A stretch of DNA of 64,000 nt, from assembly GCA_000182565.2 (NCBI GenBank), contig KQ257470.1; one strand, given 5' to 3'. Made by a program: the position numbers and the translations under genes. This stretch comes from Spizellomyces punctatus DAOM BR117 (taxonomy: Eukaryota). Of this stretch, positions 1 through 13,544 are shown piece after piece; the stretch's first letter is position 1, and every line of letters begins with the position of its first letter. The notes below the pieces were generated by a model that had not been told where the DNA came from, ran no database searches, and worked only from the letters and a program-made list of their open reading frames with translations.

Positions 1-545
1 CCGGAGGCATGACCTTCACGGTTCATTCTTGGTAGTGAGTCTTCTTTCCTGCCTCTCGTCTTTCCTTCCTGCTTGGCGAACAGGTGATAGATAAACCCTA
101 ACGCGTCCACATACAGTCTGGAGTTGTTGGGTATGAGTTCGGGTTCTCCCGACGGCACTGCAACTGGAAGGCTTATTGAAGCAATCGGGACCGTCGTTGG
201 CGTGGCTTGCAAGTGAACGCCTCACCTGATGCAGGACCGTCAGTTCCTTCTCTTCCTCCTCGTCCCTCCTCGTCGCTATCAGAATCCACTGTCCAGACGT
301 CTCCGTCAAGCAAACAGCCTGCGGACTCATTGAAGGCAGAGGCAGAATCACCCTCACGAAGATCGTAGTTGCACACGGTCGAGCCATTCTGCTGCCGGTC
401 AGAGTAGGGCGATCAGGAGAATCGAAGGGGAGAACGAAGTCACTTTACGGAGGAGTACACGTACCTCGCGATGTTTCTTCCTCTTTTTTTGCTTAGAAGC
501 TTCCCTCTTCCGTGAGAGGAGCTTTTGCAGCCCGCGAACGCCCAT
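1..545 (-). CDS. 5' part of a probable XPG/asteroid-like (PIN-fold) protein; runs off the window start
   Basis: ATG at 545 gives MGVRGLQKLLS (MGVxGL is the XPG/FEN1/asteroid N-terminal motif). Two GT-AG introns lead to an open exon reading ...NSRLYVDALGFIYHLF, resembling the lxIDG strand of that family. Confidence 0.5.
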
Positions 546-1005
546 CGTTACTCACAGTGAGGTAGACATCGTACATAAGTTAGAACAGTTTCCAAATGCC
601 GCTTTTATATAGCGAAATGCGGATTTGATCACGTGCCAGAAGAATTGATGGAGTTCTAATTGGCAGAACTTGATAGGAACCCTGCCAACTTGCCCACATG
701 CGATCGCCTTGCTGTCGGGACATACTGGAACAGAGATACGCTGAGCACCTGCAATATGCTGATGATCGTGCAATCAATGTTGGATGGGCACGGTAGACCA
801 GAAGTGTTCAGCAGGGTCGTAGCGTAGATTGGTTATATTAGCTTTTCCGAACCGGTTGTCACCGGTTTATCCCCTGGTGTATGTACATACCGTAGTAGAC
901 CAAGCCAACCGGTTAGGCACGCGTGTCGCCGAGGGCCCACTCCCACGGCGCCTGCACCATCATTCCTACGATGGTCTTCGCAGCTTACGCCAACCGCACT
1001 CCGAT

Positions 1006-4000
1006 ATGCCGTCCACCAATAGACCCACTGGTACCACCTCCACGTCCCCCATAGATGCGATCCTCACAAGAGTTGAAGCATATCCCCGGACAACTGTCAT
1101 TGTGCTATGTCTCGCTATTCTCGCCAAGAACTACACTATAATATATCGTCTCATATACCATGCGTTGGTTGTCGTCGGCATTGTTGTACTATATGGATGG
1201 TGGAATGCCCTATTTCCTATTATTTTTCGGAACAAGGGGCGAAAACCTGTTAGAGACAAGCGGCCAATACGGGCTTTGACCTTTACGCAGCCACGAGTAT
1301 GGAAGAGCTATATGATGGAGAGGGAGAAGGAAAAAGTGGTTTTTAGGCCACAAGCATTTGTGGAAAACAGGCAGATCCAGCAAGTCATTGACGACCTGCT
1401 TTTCTTTATCAGTCGGGATTTTATTCGGAGCTGGTGGTATTCTGGCATTGGTCCAGAGCCCATCTTTGTGTCCCGCGTCGATGCAGTCGTATATGACGCC
1501 TCAGTCCAAGTGAAGCAACGACTGGAGCGGATTGACTTTGTACATTTTGTTGCTTCCCGAGCGCTTCCGTTGCTCACGGCCCATGTAACGGAGTACCGAC
1601 GAGCAGAGCGTCTGTTGCGCGGGCACAAGCTTCAGCGCACCGTCACAGAATCTGATGAAATGGACTGCCAATTAGCAAGGCATTACATGAATGGACGATT
1701 GCACCCCGCCATTTCTGCCAACCCTACCCCAACGGTTTCGTTAGAACACGGATACCTACGGCGGATAATCGAAGCAACTTTGCCGTTGATTTGCCCGGCG
1801 AATGAGATCTCTAGTAGACTTTTTGTCATCATTGTCAGGGAAATTCTTGTATGCAAAGTCGTGCAGCCTGCACTGGACCTTTTGGCGGATCCTGATTTTT
1901 GGAATCAGACGATTGATATGTTGGTGCGTATCGTGGTTTGAATGCCGCTGGTCAGTAAGAGTTCGTTCTAACAGTTTTGAAATATGACTTTTTCCAGACC
2001 GACCGAATGCTACAACAGGAACAGTGAGTACACTATTCAGCCCATTTTTTTTTTGCTGCTGATTTGTCACATTGTCAACCGACTCTCTACCAGAACTCTC
2101 CTTCATAAGATCCAAGAGGTTTTAGAAAAGCAACCCCCGTTACCGACGCTCGATTCTGAAAGTTCTTTAGCACCCCGTATGCGTACATTTGACGAATTTA
2201 TCAAGCTCATCAAACGCTGCGATAACCTTTTGGATGCATTACGGATACGGGATATGGTGCTGACGGAAATGCATAAAAAAGAAACGGAAACAGGTGAGAT
2301 TGCTGTTTGGTCAAAGGCTGTGCGAGATCCACCATTAACATAATGTATAGCCAATTGCCGGCCATCTGATATCATTAATGGCGTAAGAGTTGCGGATACG
2401 AGAATTTATATTAATAGACTGCAAGTTGCGTTGAAACGAGTGGATAAGAGGATATCTGGGCTAGGGGGACGCAATAAGGTAAGGAAATCATGCTTCATGC
2501 AACATGAAGACTAGCGTAATAATATTTTTTCTGGCAGAACTCTCGTGAGAAAGCCAAACAACGCGAACGGCCAACACTCGCAGCAGTGCTCCATGATCCA
2601 CTTTTATTGTCGTATTTCACAGAATTTATGGATCAGGAGGGAAGAATGCCGTATCTTCAGTTCTGGATCGTCGTCAACGGAGTTAGAAATCAGCTGAACG
2701 AAGATGAGGAACACCACGATATCCCTACCAACGATGAGATGCTTGGAGAGAGATCTGACGTCGATTGGAGGCCTATCAGCGAGGACATTCACAGTGTTTA
2801 CACGGAATTTTTGGCCCCCAACCTTAAATCCAAACTGGCCATTGACAAAGAGCTCTGCACAAAGATGGATTTATTAATTTCTTATGTGCATTGGGAGCCG
2901 GGTGCAGCCAAGAACCACGTTATAGCGGCTTTGAAAATCCTGTTTGAAGCTCAGGACCAAGTTTTTCGGATAATGGCGGATGAGGATTACACCAGTTTCA
3001 TGCGGAGTACATTATACATGAAACTTGTGGCTCACTTGATGCAGGATCACTCCCCCAGGCGCTCGCAGGATTCAATAGAGTTGGAATATGGGCATAATGA
3101 CCCGCGACGATCATCGACGGAAGTTGACAGAGCTGTCGTGAGTCCTGTAGGATCAGAAGACGAACTGCCAGATGCTAGCCGTTCCGTCGTGCCAAAAAAG
3201 AAATCATTTATCAACGTATTCAAAAAGGGAAAGTCAAAGGCAGCGGGTGAAGTTGAGCCTATTCTCCCTGCTGGTCATCCAGCCAATGTACCTCCGTTAC
3301 CTCCCGTTCGCACTGACTCCATCGACAACGTGGAAGGAGAGCTGCAGTCTATACTAGATAATCCGGACAATGCCTTCGCAGGGCCGTTTTTGAGGGGTAG
3401 GAGCAAGGTGCAAGGGCGAAGGATGAAGGTGAAGCCCCGATCTGTTGACGCTATGGAGGGGAGACGGAAGGACAGCGAAACAAGTCAATTGGTTGGCATG
3501 GGAGAAAAAATGTCTGGCAGGTTAGCTGGATTGTTTAGAAGGAACTCGAGTGGAAAGATGGCTTCGGGTAGTACTGCCTCATCGCCCGTCCGCAGCCGTA
3601 CCAAATCGCCTGCCAGCATATTGTCCAGTGATCAATCGGATGGAGTACGGGATCGCGGTCGACTGCGTTTCACTCTTGGTTCCGATAACGAAGTTAGCTC
3701 TACTTCCGAAGATGATGATCCTGAAAATGAGGATGTGGAAGTGGATTTTGAGGAGCATGAGGATGATTTGGTTGGGAGTACGCTATCTACTAGTACCGAT
3801 ATCCAATCAAGAACCCATGATACCACCGACGATCCGACTCTGTCCGTTTTATCGCGACATCCCAAAATTCCCGTCTCGCTCCCATTAGTACTTGGATCGC
3901 CGAAAGCCTTGAAAGACCTTTCTGACCGTATTGAGCGACTGACACATGAAGAGAATGAGGTAGCTAGACAAATTGCGCAGGCCGAGACGGAGGCATGGCC

Positions 4001-5436
4001 ACCCGACCGATTGCGCGAGCTAGAATTGATGAAATTGGGACTTGGCGCCCTTTTGAGTGAAGCCAGAGGGGAGAAAACAAAGATGGAAGAAACCGAGATC
4101 AGGGAATTCATCACACCCGTATGTTCTTATACCGGCGTCTGCGACTGATCTTTGCCCTTTAATGACCAATATTTTTATTGCAGGAGCGTGCAAAAGCTGA
4201 AATTGTTGACACTCGCATTGTATCCAGAGATGGAAAAGAGTATGCAGCGTACATTATCCAAGTTACACTTTTGAATGCGCCCGACATGAGAGAACCCACA
4301 ACAGGAAGCGAAGCGAAATCTCGCTCCTGGACAATTTTGCGACGTTATTCCGAATTTTTCACGTTACATCAAACTCTGAGATCCAAGTTTCCGATTGTAC
4401 AACGATTGGATTTCCCTAGCAAAGTGTTGAAAGGAATTATGAAGTTGAAGAAGGACTTTGTTGAGAATCGTAGGGTTGCACTGGATGATTATCTACAGGT
4501 GAGAAAACAGCTCCCGTTACAGCCTTATTACTACAAGCTAAGGTCACGTAACGCCCTCCTCAGAGCATAATGAAATATACCGATATTTGCCAATCGTCAG
4601 AGCTAAGGCGATTCATCTGTCATGAACATGTTGCGAAATTGTTGACCGTTCGATCTTCTATTTTATCCGATCGACGTCCGAAGCGGTCCCTCTTGAAGAA
4701 CCTTTTGCAAAATGCGGATGAGTCTACTGACGCAGCACATCGCGATCCTCAACGAAACGATGGCGCCCCATTGTCATCTCCCTCCATTTTTCCCTCTGAA
4801 GGAAACGATGCTGGATTCCGTAGTGGACTGCTTGCTCGGCCGCCAAGTAAAAGCGAACCATCGATCAGTCCAACCATCAATTCATCAGCCTACTCTCCCG
4901 CACCATCTTCAACTACCGGCGAAGTATTACCAGCCGCCTCCACCACAGACGCAATATTCGATCTATTCATTGAATTGTTTGAGCTTCGTGAAAAGAACAA
5001 CTGGTTCCGAAGACAAGCTGTTGGACTCGTCCTTCAGCAACTATTCGGTGGAACCGTTGAGCGTAAAGTAACTGAAAACCTCCGATGGATGGTCTCTGAA
5101 GACAACATTGCATTTTACCTCACGCATCTCAGAGAAACATTTTGGCCAAACGCTGCCTCCTTTTATTCCCCACCCGTCTCTTCTCCGTCCAAACAAGACC
5201 GAACACCAGCAAATAAACTTCGTACAAAAACTGCAGCCCAAAGTAAACTCTCGAGTCTTTTACCGGAATTATTGGGCGGCATGGTTGGACGCAAAAATGC
5301 CCGAAAGGGGGCTAACCGTCTATGGGCGGTATTTCAAAACAGAAGATTGAACCAACAATTGGCGTATAGTCTTTTAGATGAAGTCTGGGGGATCGTGTTT
5401 CCAGAGATCGAGGGGGTTGTGGGTGAAAGGAGATAG
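1006..5436 (+). CDS. PXA-RGS-PX-PXC sorting nexin (Mdm1/SNX13/14/25 family), multi-exon
   Basis: N-terminal hydrophobic segment; PXA (FISRDFIRSWWY...LADPDFWNQ); RGS (LLSYFTEFMDQEGRMPYLQFW); PX (ILRRYSEFFTLHQTLRSKFP...RRVALDDYL); Nexin_C (NWFRRQAV...LNQQLAYSLLD). ORFs are joined by GT-AG introns. Confidence 0.9.
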
Positions 5437-5690
5437 TGGGTATTATTGTTTTTGCTTGATGCCAATTCTTCGCTGTATGATATGCTGATACCCTTTACCC
5501 GTGTAATATTGTAATCTGTATATTTTTGCCTTTTTAACATGTGTGTTGATTCCTGTTACCCATTGTATGCAACTAGCGTGGCTTGAACAACTATCTGCTA
5601 GGAGGTCATAACCTTTTGTTTTTTTGGCAATTATCTACATCTCAAAATAAACTACAAAAAAAGCTCCATCCAATCTTTTCACGTAGCGTC

Positions 5691-6821
5691 TCACATTGCT
5701 ACCGCCTGTAAAGGATCCGTTTGTACAGGTTCCTTCTCTTCAGTATTTTCCGCAGTAACTGACTGTCCAGGTGCGTCAGCTTCTGTTTCCGCAGGCTCCT
5801 CATCTACATTCAGCGTTTCTGATGCAGATATCGGATTCGGTTGTTCATTGACTACTTCAGGGGCGGGTAATTCTTGAAGGGGGTCAGTAAGTTCTTGGCG
5901 GGGTGTGGCGGTTTGGAATTGACTATATACAATAAGAATTGGGATGGATTCATGAGATATCTGCGTGTGTACCACCCAAGTCACAAACATACCCAAATCC
6001 TTCTTCTTCTTCTCCTTCGGTTGCTGGTCCGTCCACGGAGGAACTGAAAATCGCCGCGGCCGATACCGCGGCACTAGCACGTCTTTTTGGGCGGAAGGTT
6101 TGGAATGTTGTCATTGGGCGTGGGGCACGTAGTGGTGCGTTGTCGCTATCAGTCGTTACTTGTGTGTCTGACAATGCTGTGGAGAGAGGTTCCTCATTGG
6201 AGGAAATGTCAACCAGCTGCTTGCTTGGAGTCAGTGCCTGCTTTGGTTCAGGTCTTTCTGGCTTTGATGGAGGGGTTGTCGAAGGAGGTGGTCGTGTTAC
6301 TGGGCGCTGCTTGATAAGGTAGTAATCGTCAATTACGCATGCCCGTTTCAGCCGCGCAAAGTCAACATTAAACCAACCTGGCTTTGAGCAAAACTTGTGA
6401 TCCTTCGTATCTGTTCATTACTCATCAACTCTGCGTCTTCCTCATGTCGTAAAAACTCGTCGTCTTCCAAGTCGTCATCACGTACAACAGGTTCATCAAA
6501 CCCAACGCCTGTCGGCACTGCCTGATATCCACCAGCTCTAAAAGCACCTGGAACAATCCTCCCCACTCCATCGGCTCCAACCACCCCCTCACGTCGGAAC
6601 CTGAAAAGTGCGGCCAGTCTCTCCCAAAACGCACTACTTTGTCTTGGGCTGCCGAAAGCACCGTGAGGTCCATGTGGGTTATTGAGAAGGTTTTCGAATT
6701 CCAAGTCATCGATTTCGTCATAGTCGAATGTGAGCTGAGTTGGAAGACCGCGTCCTCCTGCGGTTGCCCAGCTCGAGTTTGGGCAGCAGTAGGAGGCGGT
6801 TGCACCCAAACAGTTTCCCAT
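5691..6821 (-). CDS. hypothetical protein, about 3 exons; possible N-myristoylation/palmitoylation (MGNCLG...CC)
   Basis: ORFs 6348-6821, 5950-6174 and 5691-6080 can be linked by GT-AG introns; acidic low-complexity C-terminus. Confidence 0.65.
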
Positions 6822-7098
6822 TCTTGTCGTTTAACGGTCAAATTTATTGTCTTAAAGTGTGCTAAAGCACCATTTGCTAAAGTTCGAAAAAGCACAGCGC
6901 TGGCCTCTGCTCCTTGTACTCTGGGAAACTGCTTGTGTGGGCGGTCGTTGTAAATGACGAATGAAGAAGGATGAAATCTCCAAAATGCGCGGAAAGCGAA
7001 CGCTCATCGCCTGGGTGCCTCTCACGTGCCATGTGTCACCTGTCAATTGCAACTTGAATAAGCGAGCTTCCAAGCATTCCACTTGTTCAATCCTTCGC

Positions 7099-8232
7099 AT
7101 GGAGGGTCCGCCCCGATGTAAATGTGGTTTGCCTGCTATCGAAAGCGTTGTGAAGAAGAGGACAAAGAATTTTGGTCGTACGTAGGCTTCTGTGGCGACT
7201 GCTAGAACAAGTCTCGTCTAGACTAAACGATCGCAAACCTTGCTGTCAGAACACTTTTGGAGGTGTCAAAACTACCTCTATAAATCAAGACCTTGCGACT
7301 TCTTTCAGTGGATACCCGCTGCAGACATCATGTCTCGCCACCAGCCCAGTACACCAAAAAGGACCTCAACCCCATCCTCTTCATTTCCTCCCCAAGCGCC
7401 TCGAAAAGCACGACCCATCCGTGCCGACAACAACTTTTTCAAACGGCCTCGCTCACCGTCTCCTCTTGCACCATATAGCACAAAATCACCTGTCCCAGGG
7501 TTCTCGGCTTTGACACTAGACGGTAGCCAAATTTACGATTCGGATGCAAGTTCCGATGATAATGATCTAATGTACCAGGCGGTCTCTAGACCGGCCGACC
7601 AGCTTGCCTCTCAAATGAGATCGCAGGACAGAGATGGGGAAGAGGATATGATGCAGGGAATGGAGGTTCAAAGTCAGGAACAAGGGCTAGTGGATCCATT
7701 TAATAGTCAGCCAACGTCGGCAGGGGCAGCGAAATTGCCAGCAGGCGCATCACGACATACTGGATATCAACCCGCTCCATGGCCGAATTGGACACCCCAA
7801 GGAAATAATAGTACCACGTCTACATCCTTACCCACCTCTTCCGGTTTGCGAACCCCACAATCACATCCGCGTCCTCAGGTCGAAACTCCGCCTCCATCGA
7901 GAGACAAGTCAATTCCAAAGCAAGCCACTGGAATTCTGTCACAGCATTCTATAGATGCTTCCCCATCACTCCGTCGCCATTTCTCCCAGCAGTCCCATTT
8001 TGAATCACAAGATTCCCAACAATCCCCGGATCAGGGGGACGTCCTTTCAGGCACATCGTCAGATTCGATACATTCATATGTGTCCTATTTAGAATCCGAA
8101 ATCCGGCGCAAAGATCGACAACTCCTCGCCCTGCGAAAATCCAAAGAGCACCTGCAACGTGAACTGCGAACAACAAAGAGGGAGGCAGACAGAAAGGCAA
8201 AGTTTTGTGAACGGTGCGCGCAGAGTTTGTGA
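7099..8232 (+). CDS. GRF-type zinc finger protein with disordered middle and C-terminal coiled coil
   Basis: MEGPPRCKCGLPA...TKNFG, one intron, then EHFWRC...PCDFFQW, matching zf-GRF. Confidence 0.75.
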
Positions 8233-8747
8233 GGCGGGAAATGTGTGGGTTCACTCCTGTTACCCGGTGGTTGCATATGTACATAGACAAATTTTGGATT
8301 GCTTGAATTTTGGGCACTGCTTTTGCTGATATTTTTAATGCGTACCTATTGGAATATACGCCTTTAAGATCCCAGATTGTGTCATTCAATAGTCCGAACT
8401 CTGCTAGGGGAATGTGGTAATTAGTTGAATTATCGTACCTGCTTAGACTGAGGAATTACGAGAGACCTATTCTCCTAATAGCAGTTGACGTTTCACTGCA
8501 TTAAAGTGCAATCGTTGAAATGAAATGTTATGTTCGTCCTGACCGAATTCCAGCTCTTTTTCGACAGTTGTTACATAGCTACACCTTCTGCCAAAAATCG
8601 ATATCACAGCGTCGGCAGCCACAATGTGACGTGCATCTATTATTATGCAGATCGGCGACAACGGCACTTTGATGAAACACACAATCCTATCTGGTTTGTT
8701 TATTGACCCAACGTCGTCTCTATATGCATGAGAGAAAGAAGAGATTG

Positions 8748-9074
8748 TTATATTCGTCTGCTTACGAACAGTACATTCGATAGATAGGCATGCGTTTCGG
8801 GGACTACACACCACACGATCCAACCAGCATCAAGCTCAGCCCTAAATGCTGGATCCAATCCAGGATGAGCATCCATAAACCTTCGAGCAGCGTTCTGCTG
8901 TTTGCGGAGTTGTTCTTTTAATTCTTCAATTTCCTCTTTTTGACGTTGATAGAACCAGCGCTCCTCTGCTTTGCGATGCGAGAGCCAGACCAAATTACGA
9001 ATGATGTGAGATTGGATGCGGAGTCGTCCGCAAGGGTGGTTAACGTGAGACGGACTATAGCGTAGAAAGTACAT
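8748..9074 (-). CDS. small protein, possibly mitochondrial F1Fo ATPase inhibitor (IF1)-like
   Basis: Arg-rich, acid-free N-terminus, then RKAEERWFYQRQKEEIEELKEQL, resembling the IATP core (EE.YF...E.L..LK). C-terminus uncertain. Confidence 0.4.
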   Translation of the reverse strand: MYFLRYSPSHVNHPCGRLRIQSHIIRNLVWLSHRKAEERWFYQRQKEEIEELKEQLRKQQNAARRFMDAHPGLDPAFRAELDAGWIVWCVVPETHAYLSNVLFVSRRI

Positions 9075-9258
9075 GGTTTTGATGTGATGTTGCTTTTTCG
9101 TAAAAGCGCTTTGAGCCTTACTTGAAAGATGGGTCTTTGCAATGTTGATCGGGCTCTTACCTAAAACTATGGCTTAGCATTCGATCGTGACGCATCAAGG
9201 TTGACACGACCAGCTTGCCACCATTTCCTCCCAAAATGAATGCTCGAGGAAAAGGAAT

Positions 9259-10305
9259 ATGGATGCTGACGTTCTTTTACTAATATTGGAGCATGTAGAC
9301 GTGAGAACCCTTTTGAAAGCTCAGCTAACCTGTCGACTATGGAGAAGAATTGGTACGAAACTTGAAAAGTATGATTGTTCAACGCTGGAGCATTAACAAT
9401 TGCTTTCTTATCCAGCTGCTGCGACGTGGAAGGCGCACTGCCTTCGTGATTGGCCAGGCCTTCGCACAAAAGCTCAAATCAACAAGAGGAAATATCCTAG
9501 CCAGTCAGAAGGGCCACTTTTGGATGAAACTTCTTCCAGTAGCGGACTTGAGAGCTGGTCGGAATATTACCGACAGAGATATCGTGAGCGACGCAAACAT
9601 CTCTTGGAAGCCAGATGTTCTCTTGTTTACAACCTGGAAGTTGATCCTGGATCCCAGTTTCAAGTTTCACCGAAACAAGATGAATCACCATTTGAAGGCG
9701 ACGAGCGGTGGAAAACGCTGTTATATCCGTCTCGTCATGCGAATGCCTACTTTTGCAATATCCACGACTCTATATACAGCTGTCCAGATTATGCAGAAGA
9801 ATTCATCTTGGCTCGACGCTTCCTTATATCAATGCTTTATCAAATGAGGCTCGAGGGATGTGAAACGATGAAAGTAGATCGAGTTGAACCAACCGATCAT
9901 CCATGTCTTGTACGAGTCGTGCGAAATCGTCATCCGGAACATGCTCAAGATGGCAGGACCTCTTTTCTTTGCTTTGTTGAGACTATGGAAATTGTTGATG
10001 TAGACGCGGAAGGGGACGTCAAAATTTGGTACAGAAGACTGATGGACTGTGACCACAGTGGGAAACCAAAAGATCGCGTGCGAGGACTGGATCGAGAGGG
10101 CTTCTTGGAACGGTTGCTTGAAAAGGAACAGACCATTCTAGATCAATATCCCCATGGAATGTGTAAGTGGGCCATTTTTGATTATACCTGGCTGGGCGCA
10201 TGGCTGAATTTGCAATGCGTCCGGCCGTTGACAGCTCAAAGGCTTTATGGAGATCCCAAAAGGTTCCCCCTAGCACGACGTTATGTCTTTCGAAATTCAA
10301 AGTAG
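9259..10305 (+). CDS. F-box protein (2 exons; intron 9353-9415)
   Basis: Exon 1 MDADVLLLILEHVDVRTLLKAQLTCRLWRRI is an F-box motif; a phase-1 GT-AG intron joins it in frame to ORF 9400-10305. Confidence 0.75.
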
Positions 10306-11232
10306 ATATCATTTGTGTAATTTTATAAAACAATTTCTTTTTTTGCATAGCGACCTAACCCGAGATTTCTACCAAAAAAGAGTTTCCTTTATGCAAGGCG
10401 ATGATGAGGATACACCTATACGCCCTTGGCTAAATCCGCACTCGCAGGTAGCCAACCTCGTTGCACCACGGATATACGGTAGTAGGGAAGTCTGTCTTGT
10501 TCTTTCAGGATTCGGGTAAAGAACTTTATTTTCTTTGGTTGATTTACAGAACTGTTTGACCTCATGTCCCGAAATTTTCAGACACCAACGTGTTCCTGTT
10601 CTCTGCGAAACAGGGCAAGAACTTCCTGAAGATTATGCATCCCCAGATGAGACTCATCTTGATCGACCCACTTCAGCAATGTGGAAAGTCTGGTTACGGC
10701 ATGGATGTTGGTCCTTGCCACCAGAATTTGAAAGTTGATGAAAAAAGATGTGTGTTCGCGCGAACTGCAGAGAAAAGATACAGTAAGCGATGGAGTGACA
10801 TCAGGATGACTCTTGTCTGCCATGTAGATTTTAATAGCAGCTGCTTTGGTTATTGTTTCACCTAATCATTTTCACCATCATCGACAATGAAATATAAAAC
10901 TGTCTTCTCATTTTGGGACTACAAAAGCGGCTATGGGTCTTTTGATTCTGTTGAATGATACTATAGGTGATGCAAGGCCTGTGAACAACAAGTGTCGTGG
11001 GATCACGCATGCACGTAGCCATCGCAGAAATCAAGTTTCCAGGTGAGGTAATATTCTCCATGTTAGACATAAAAACAAACGTTTTATGAATCCAACATAG
11101 AACACGATACAACAAAGAAATGGTAACAATAATATAAGTAAATATAAGGTCCAACTGACCAACAAAGAAACTCCCATCTGCATCTACTCTACAAATTCTG
11201 GTTCAAAAGTCCAGGCAGTATCGGGTTGGACA

Positions 11233-12480
11233 CTACTGCTTGTACCAGAGAATCTCTCCCTCATCCTCTACAAACTTGCACTGCGTGTATGACTGCCAAA
11301 CAGCCTTCCACAAGGGCGTCCGGTCCATAATGTAGTACTTGCCCAGCACTTTCTTGATGGCTTCGGTAGCTTCTTCAGCGTTATAATGGGGCATCGTGGA
11401 GAACAAGTGGTGGGCAACGTGGGTATCACCAATGTGGTGGAAAAAGTGGTTCAAAATCCCATAGTCACGGTCAACAGTTGAGATCGCGCCCAACAAAAAG
11501 TTCCACTCGCCTTCCCTATAGTGGGGAATCTTGGGATCGGTATGCTGCAGGAAGGTGATAAGGACCAACCAGGCGTTCACGTTAAGGTAAGGAATCACGT
11601 AGTACTTGAAGACTGCGGCGGCGCCCCATAATTGACCAGCAATAACAAGAAGGCCAAGCATGATGAACATGCCCACGTCAGAAAGTACGACAGCGAACCA
11701 TTGCTTTGGTTCGAATATGGGAGCATCGGGACGAAAGTGCGAAGTCCATACATCAAACTTTTGGCCAGAGGCGTTGTTGATCAGGTAGGCAGGCCAGCCG
11801 AGGAGCAACATCTTTGCGATATCAAGTAAATCCGACACAGGGGCATCCTTCCAAATCGGCTCATCATCGTGGTGGTTCAATGGCTTGGTTCGTGGGCCCA
11901 ACTCCTTAGCGTATGTGGACCTTGTTGCGGGAACAAATACTTGATCCTTGGCCATGTGCGCATTGGCCTTGTGATGCTTCGAGTGAGAGAACTTCCACGA
12001 GTAGTAAGGAACCAATAGGAAGGAGTGAAGAACGTATCCGACAGAATTGTTGATCCAAGCCTTTTCCGAGAAGGCTTGATGCCCACACTCGTGAGCAATC
12101 ACCCAGATACCGGTGCATACAATTCCTTGGGCAATCCAGTACACTGGCCAGGCAATATACTGTGCCCAAGTTGGCAACAAGGAGATTTGAGTCGCAGCAG
12201 CGAACACGACGAGCATCATGGCCACGTCCCGGTAGACATAGGTGAATGACCGTGCTGTGTCACGCTTGAAGCAGTGCGCCGGGACAGCGTCGCGGACGTC
12301 CTTGAGAGTAAAAGTAGGCTTGGTCCACGCATTTGCAAACTCTGCCGACGCTACAACCTTGCGCCCGTAACCAGCAGAGGACTTGCCAGGCGTCGCCAGG
12401 GGAGGAATGTCACCAGCGGCGTTGGCGACAGATTTGTTGGCACGGCGGTAAACTTCAGACTCGTTATTTGGGGGAGCCAT
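11233..12480 (-). CDS. FAD2: delta-12 (omega-6) fatty acid desaturase
   Basis: Three His boxes HECGH, HSKHH and HVAHH, plus VPAHCF and ITFLQHTD motifs; uninterrupted 415-aa ORF. Confidence 0.93.
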   Translation of the reverse strand: MAPPNNESEVYRRANKSVANAAGDIPPLATPGKSSAGYGRKVVASAEFANAWTKPTFTLKDVRDAVPAHCFKRDTARSFTYVYRDVAMMLVVFAAATQISLLPTWAQYIAWPVYWIAQGIVCTGIWVIAHECGHQAFSEKAWINNSVGYVLHSFLLVPYYSWKFSHSKHHKANAHMAKDQVFVPATRSTYAKELGPRTKPLNHHDDEPIWKDAPVSDLLDIAKMLLLGWPAYLINNASGQKFDVWTSHFRPDAPIFEPKQWFAVVLSDVGMFIMLGLLVIAGQLWGAAAVFKYYVIPYLNVNAWLVLITFLQHTDPKIPHYREGEWNFLLGAISTVDRDYGILNHFFHHIGDTHVAHHLFSTMPHYNAEEATEAIKKVLGKYYIMDRTPLWKAVWQSYTQCKFVEDEGEILWYKQ

Positions 12481-12883
12481 TCTGAAGACCGAACGTTAAA
12501 AGAAAGTATCGAACTGTGCGTTGAACCCAGTTACTCGTCAAACTGCGACAATGCCCAGTTGCAAAGGAAGGAACCCAAAAAGGTCGAGCACGTTTTATCT
12601 GCACGCCAGTGCAGTTTCCATAGCAACAAATGCAGTGGATGAAGTCCCTTCCTGCAGTTTATCCCCCCATTTTCTAAATCCAGAAACAACAAAAACATGT
12701 CAGACGGTGGAGTTTTTTGTTTTTGAATGGCGTTTTTTTTTTTTAGGTTTTTTGCCGACTGGACGAGACTTTAAGACAATATGACGAGAATGGAATTTGG
12801 GTTTGGGGATGGAGGTGGCAGCCGTCGATTTGTTTTGCTTTACGGGTGTAGAAGAAGGTTAACATCCTTACGAGTGGGTATGA

Positions 12884-12899
12884 GTGTGTGTGTGTGTGT
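12884..12899. repeat. (GT)n microsatellite upstream of FAD2
   Basis: gtgtgtgtgtgtgtgt seen directly. Confidence 0.85.
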
Positions 12900-13544
12900 T
12901 GACACATTTCTTGTCAGAAGGCAATGCAACCTAGTCAAGTGTATGCAAAGCGTTTGTAATTCAAACATTTAGCATCAGTTTGCACAATATAAGCAACTCC
13001 CCGCAGTTTTCAAAGCCATTAAAAACTGCCCACATCCACCTAAAACCTTTTAACTTTTGACGGCATAGTTATAGCTACAAGTTTTGAATCCACGGGCCAA
13101 TTGGTCGTAATCAAACGAGCATCTTATGTGATGACATGATATGGAAGTTTGCAAGACAACTAGATGACAGCTACTAGCTTTGTGCGGACCATGTCAAATT
13201 GCACACAATCATTCATGCGTATGTGCACATGACGGTATCATTCAGAGTCTTCGGTCCTGGTTTGCTCGCATTTGATGCTCTCTGATATCCGCTTTTCATC
13301 GGCCGTGCGTCAAGTAAACTACTTATCACATTCTTGTCGACTCTTTTATGTTTTACATTGGTTATCGATGACCATGTTCGCTTCAGGGTACTTTTAACAT
13401 AGCAAATCCATCCTAACTCGTCATATCTGAACCTAGACCATCCATGTGCACAATTAGAAATATCCAAAAAAATTTGCAAATGATAAAAGTTCAATATGAA
13501 AATCTATATGATAATTCTAAATCAATGTCAGAGTGATGCATTTT

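Noticed and set aside
10330-11150. Short ORFs between the F-box gene and FAD2
   Set aside because: No recognisable domain or consistent spliced model.
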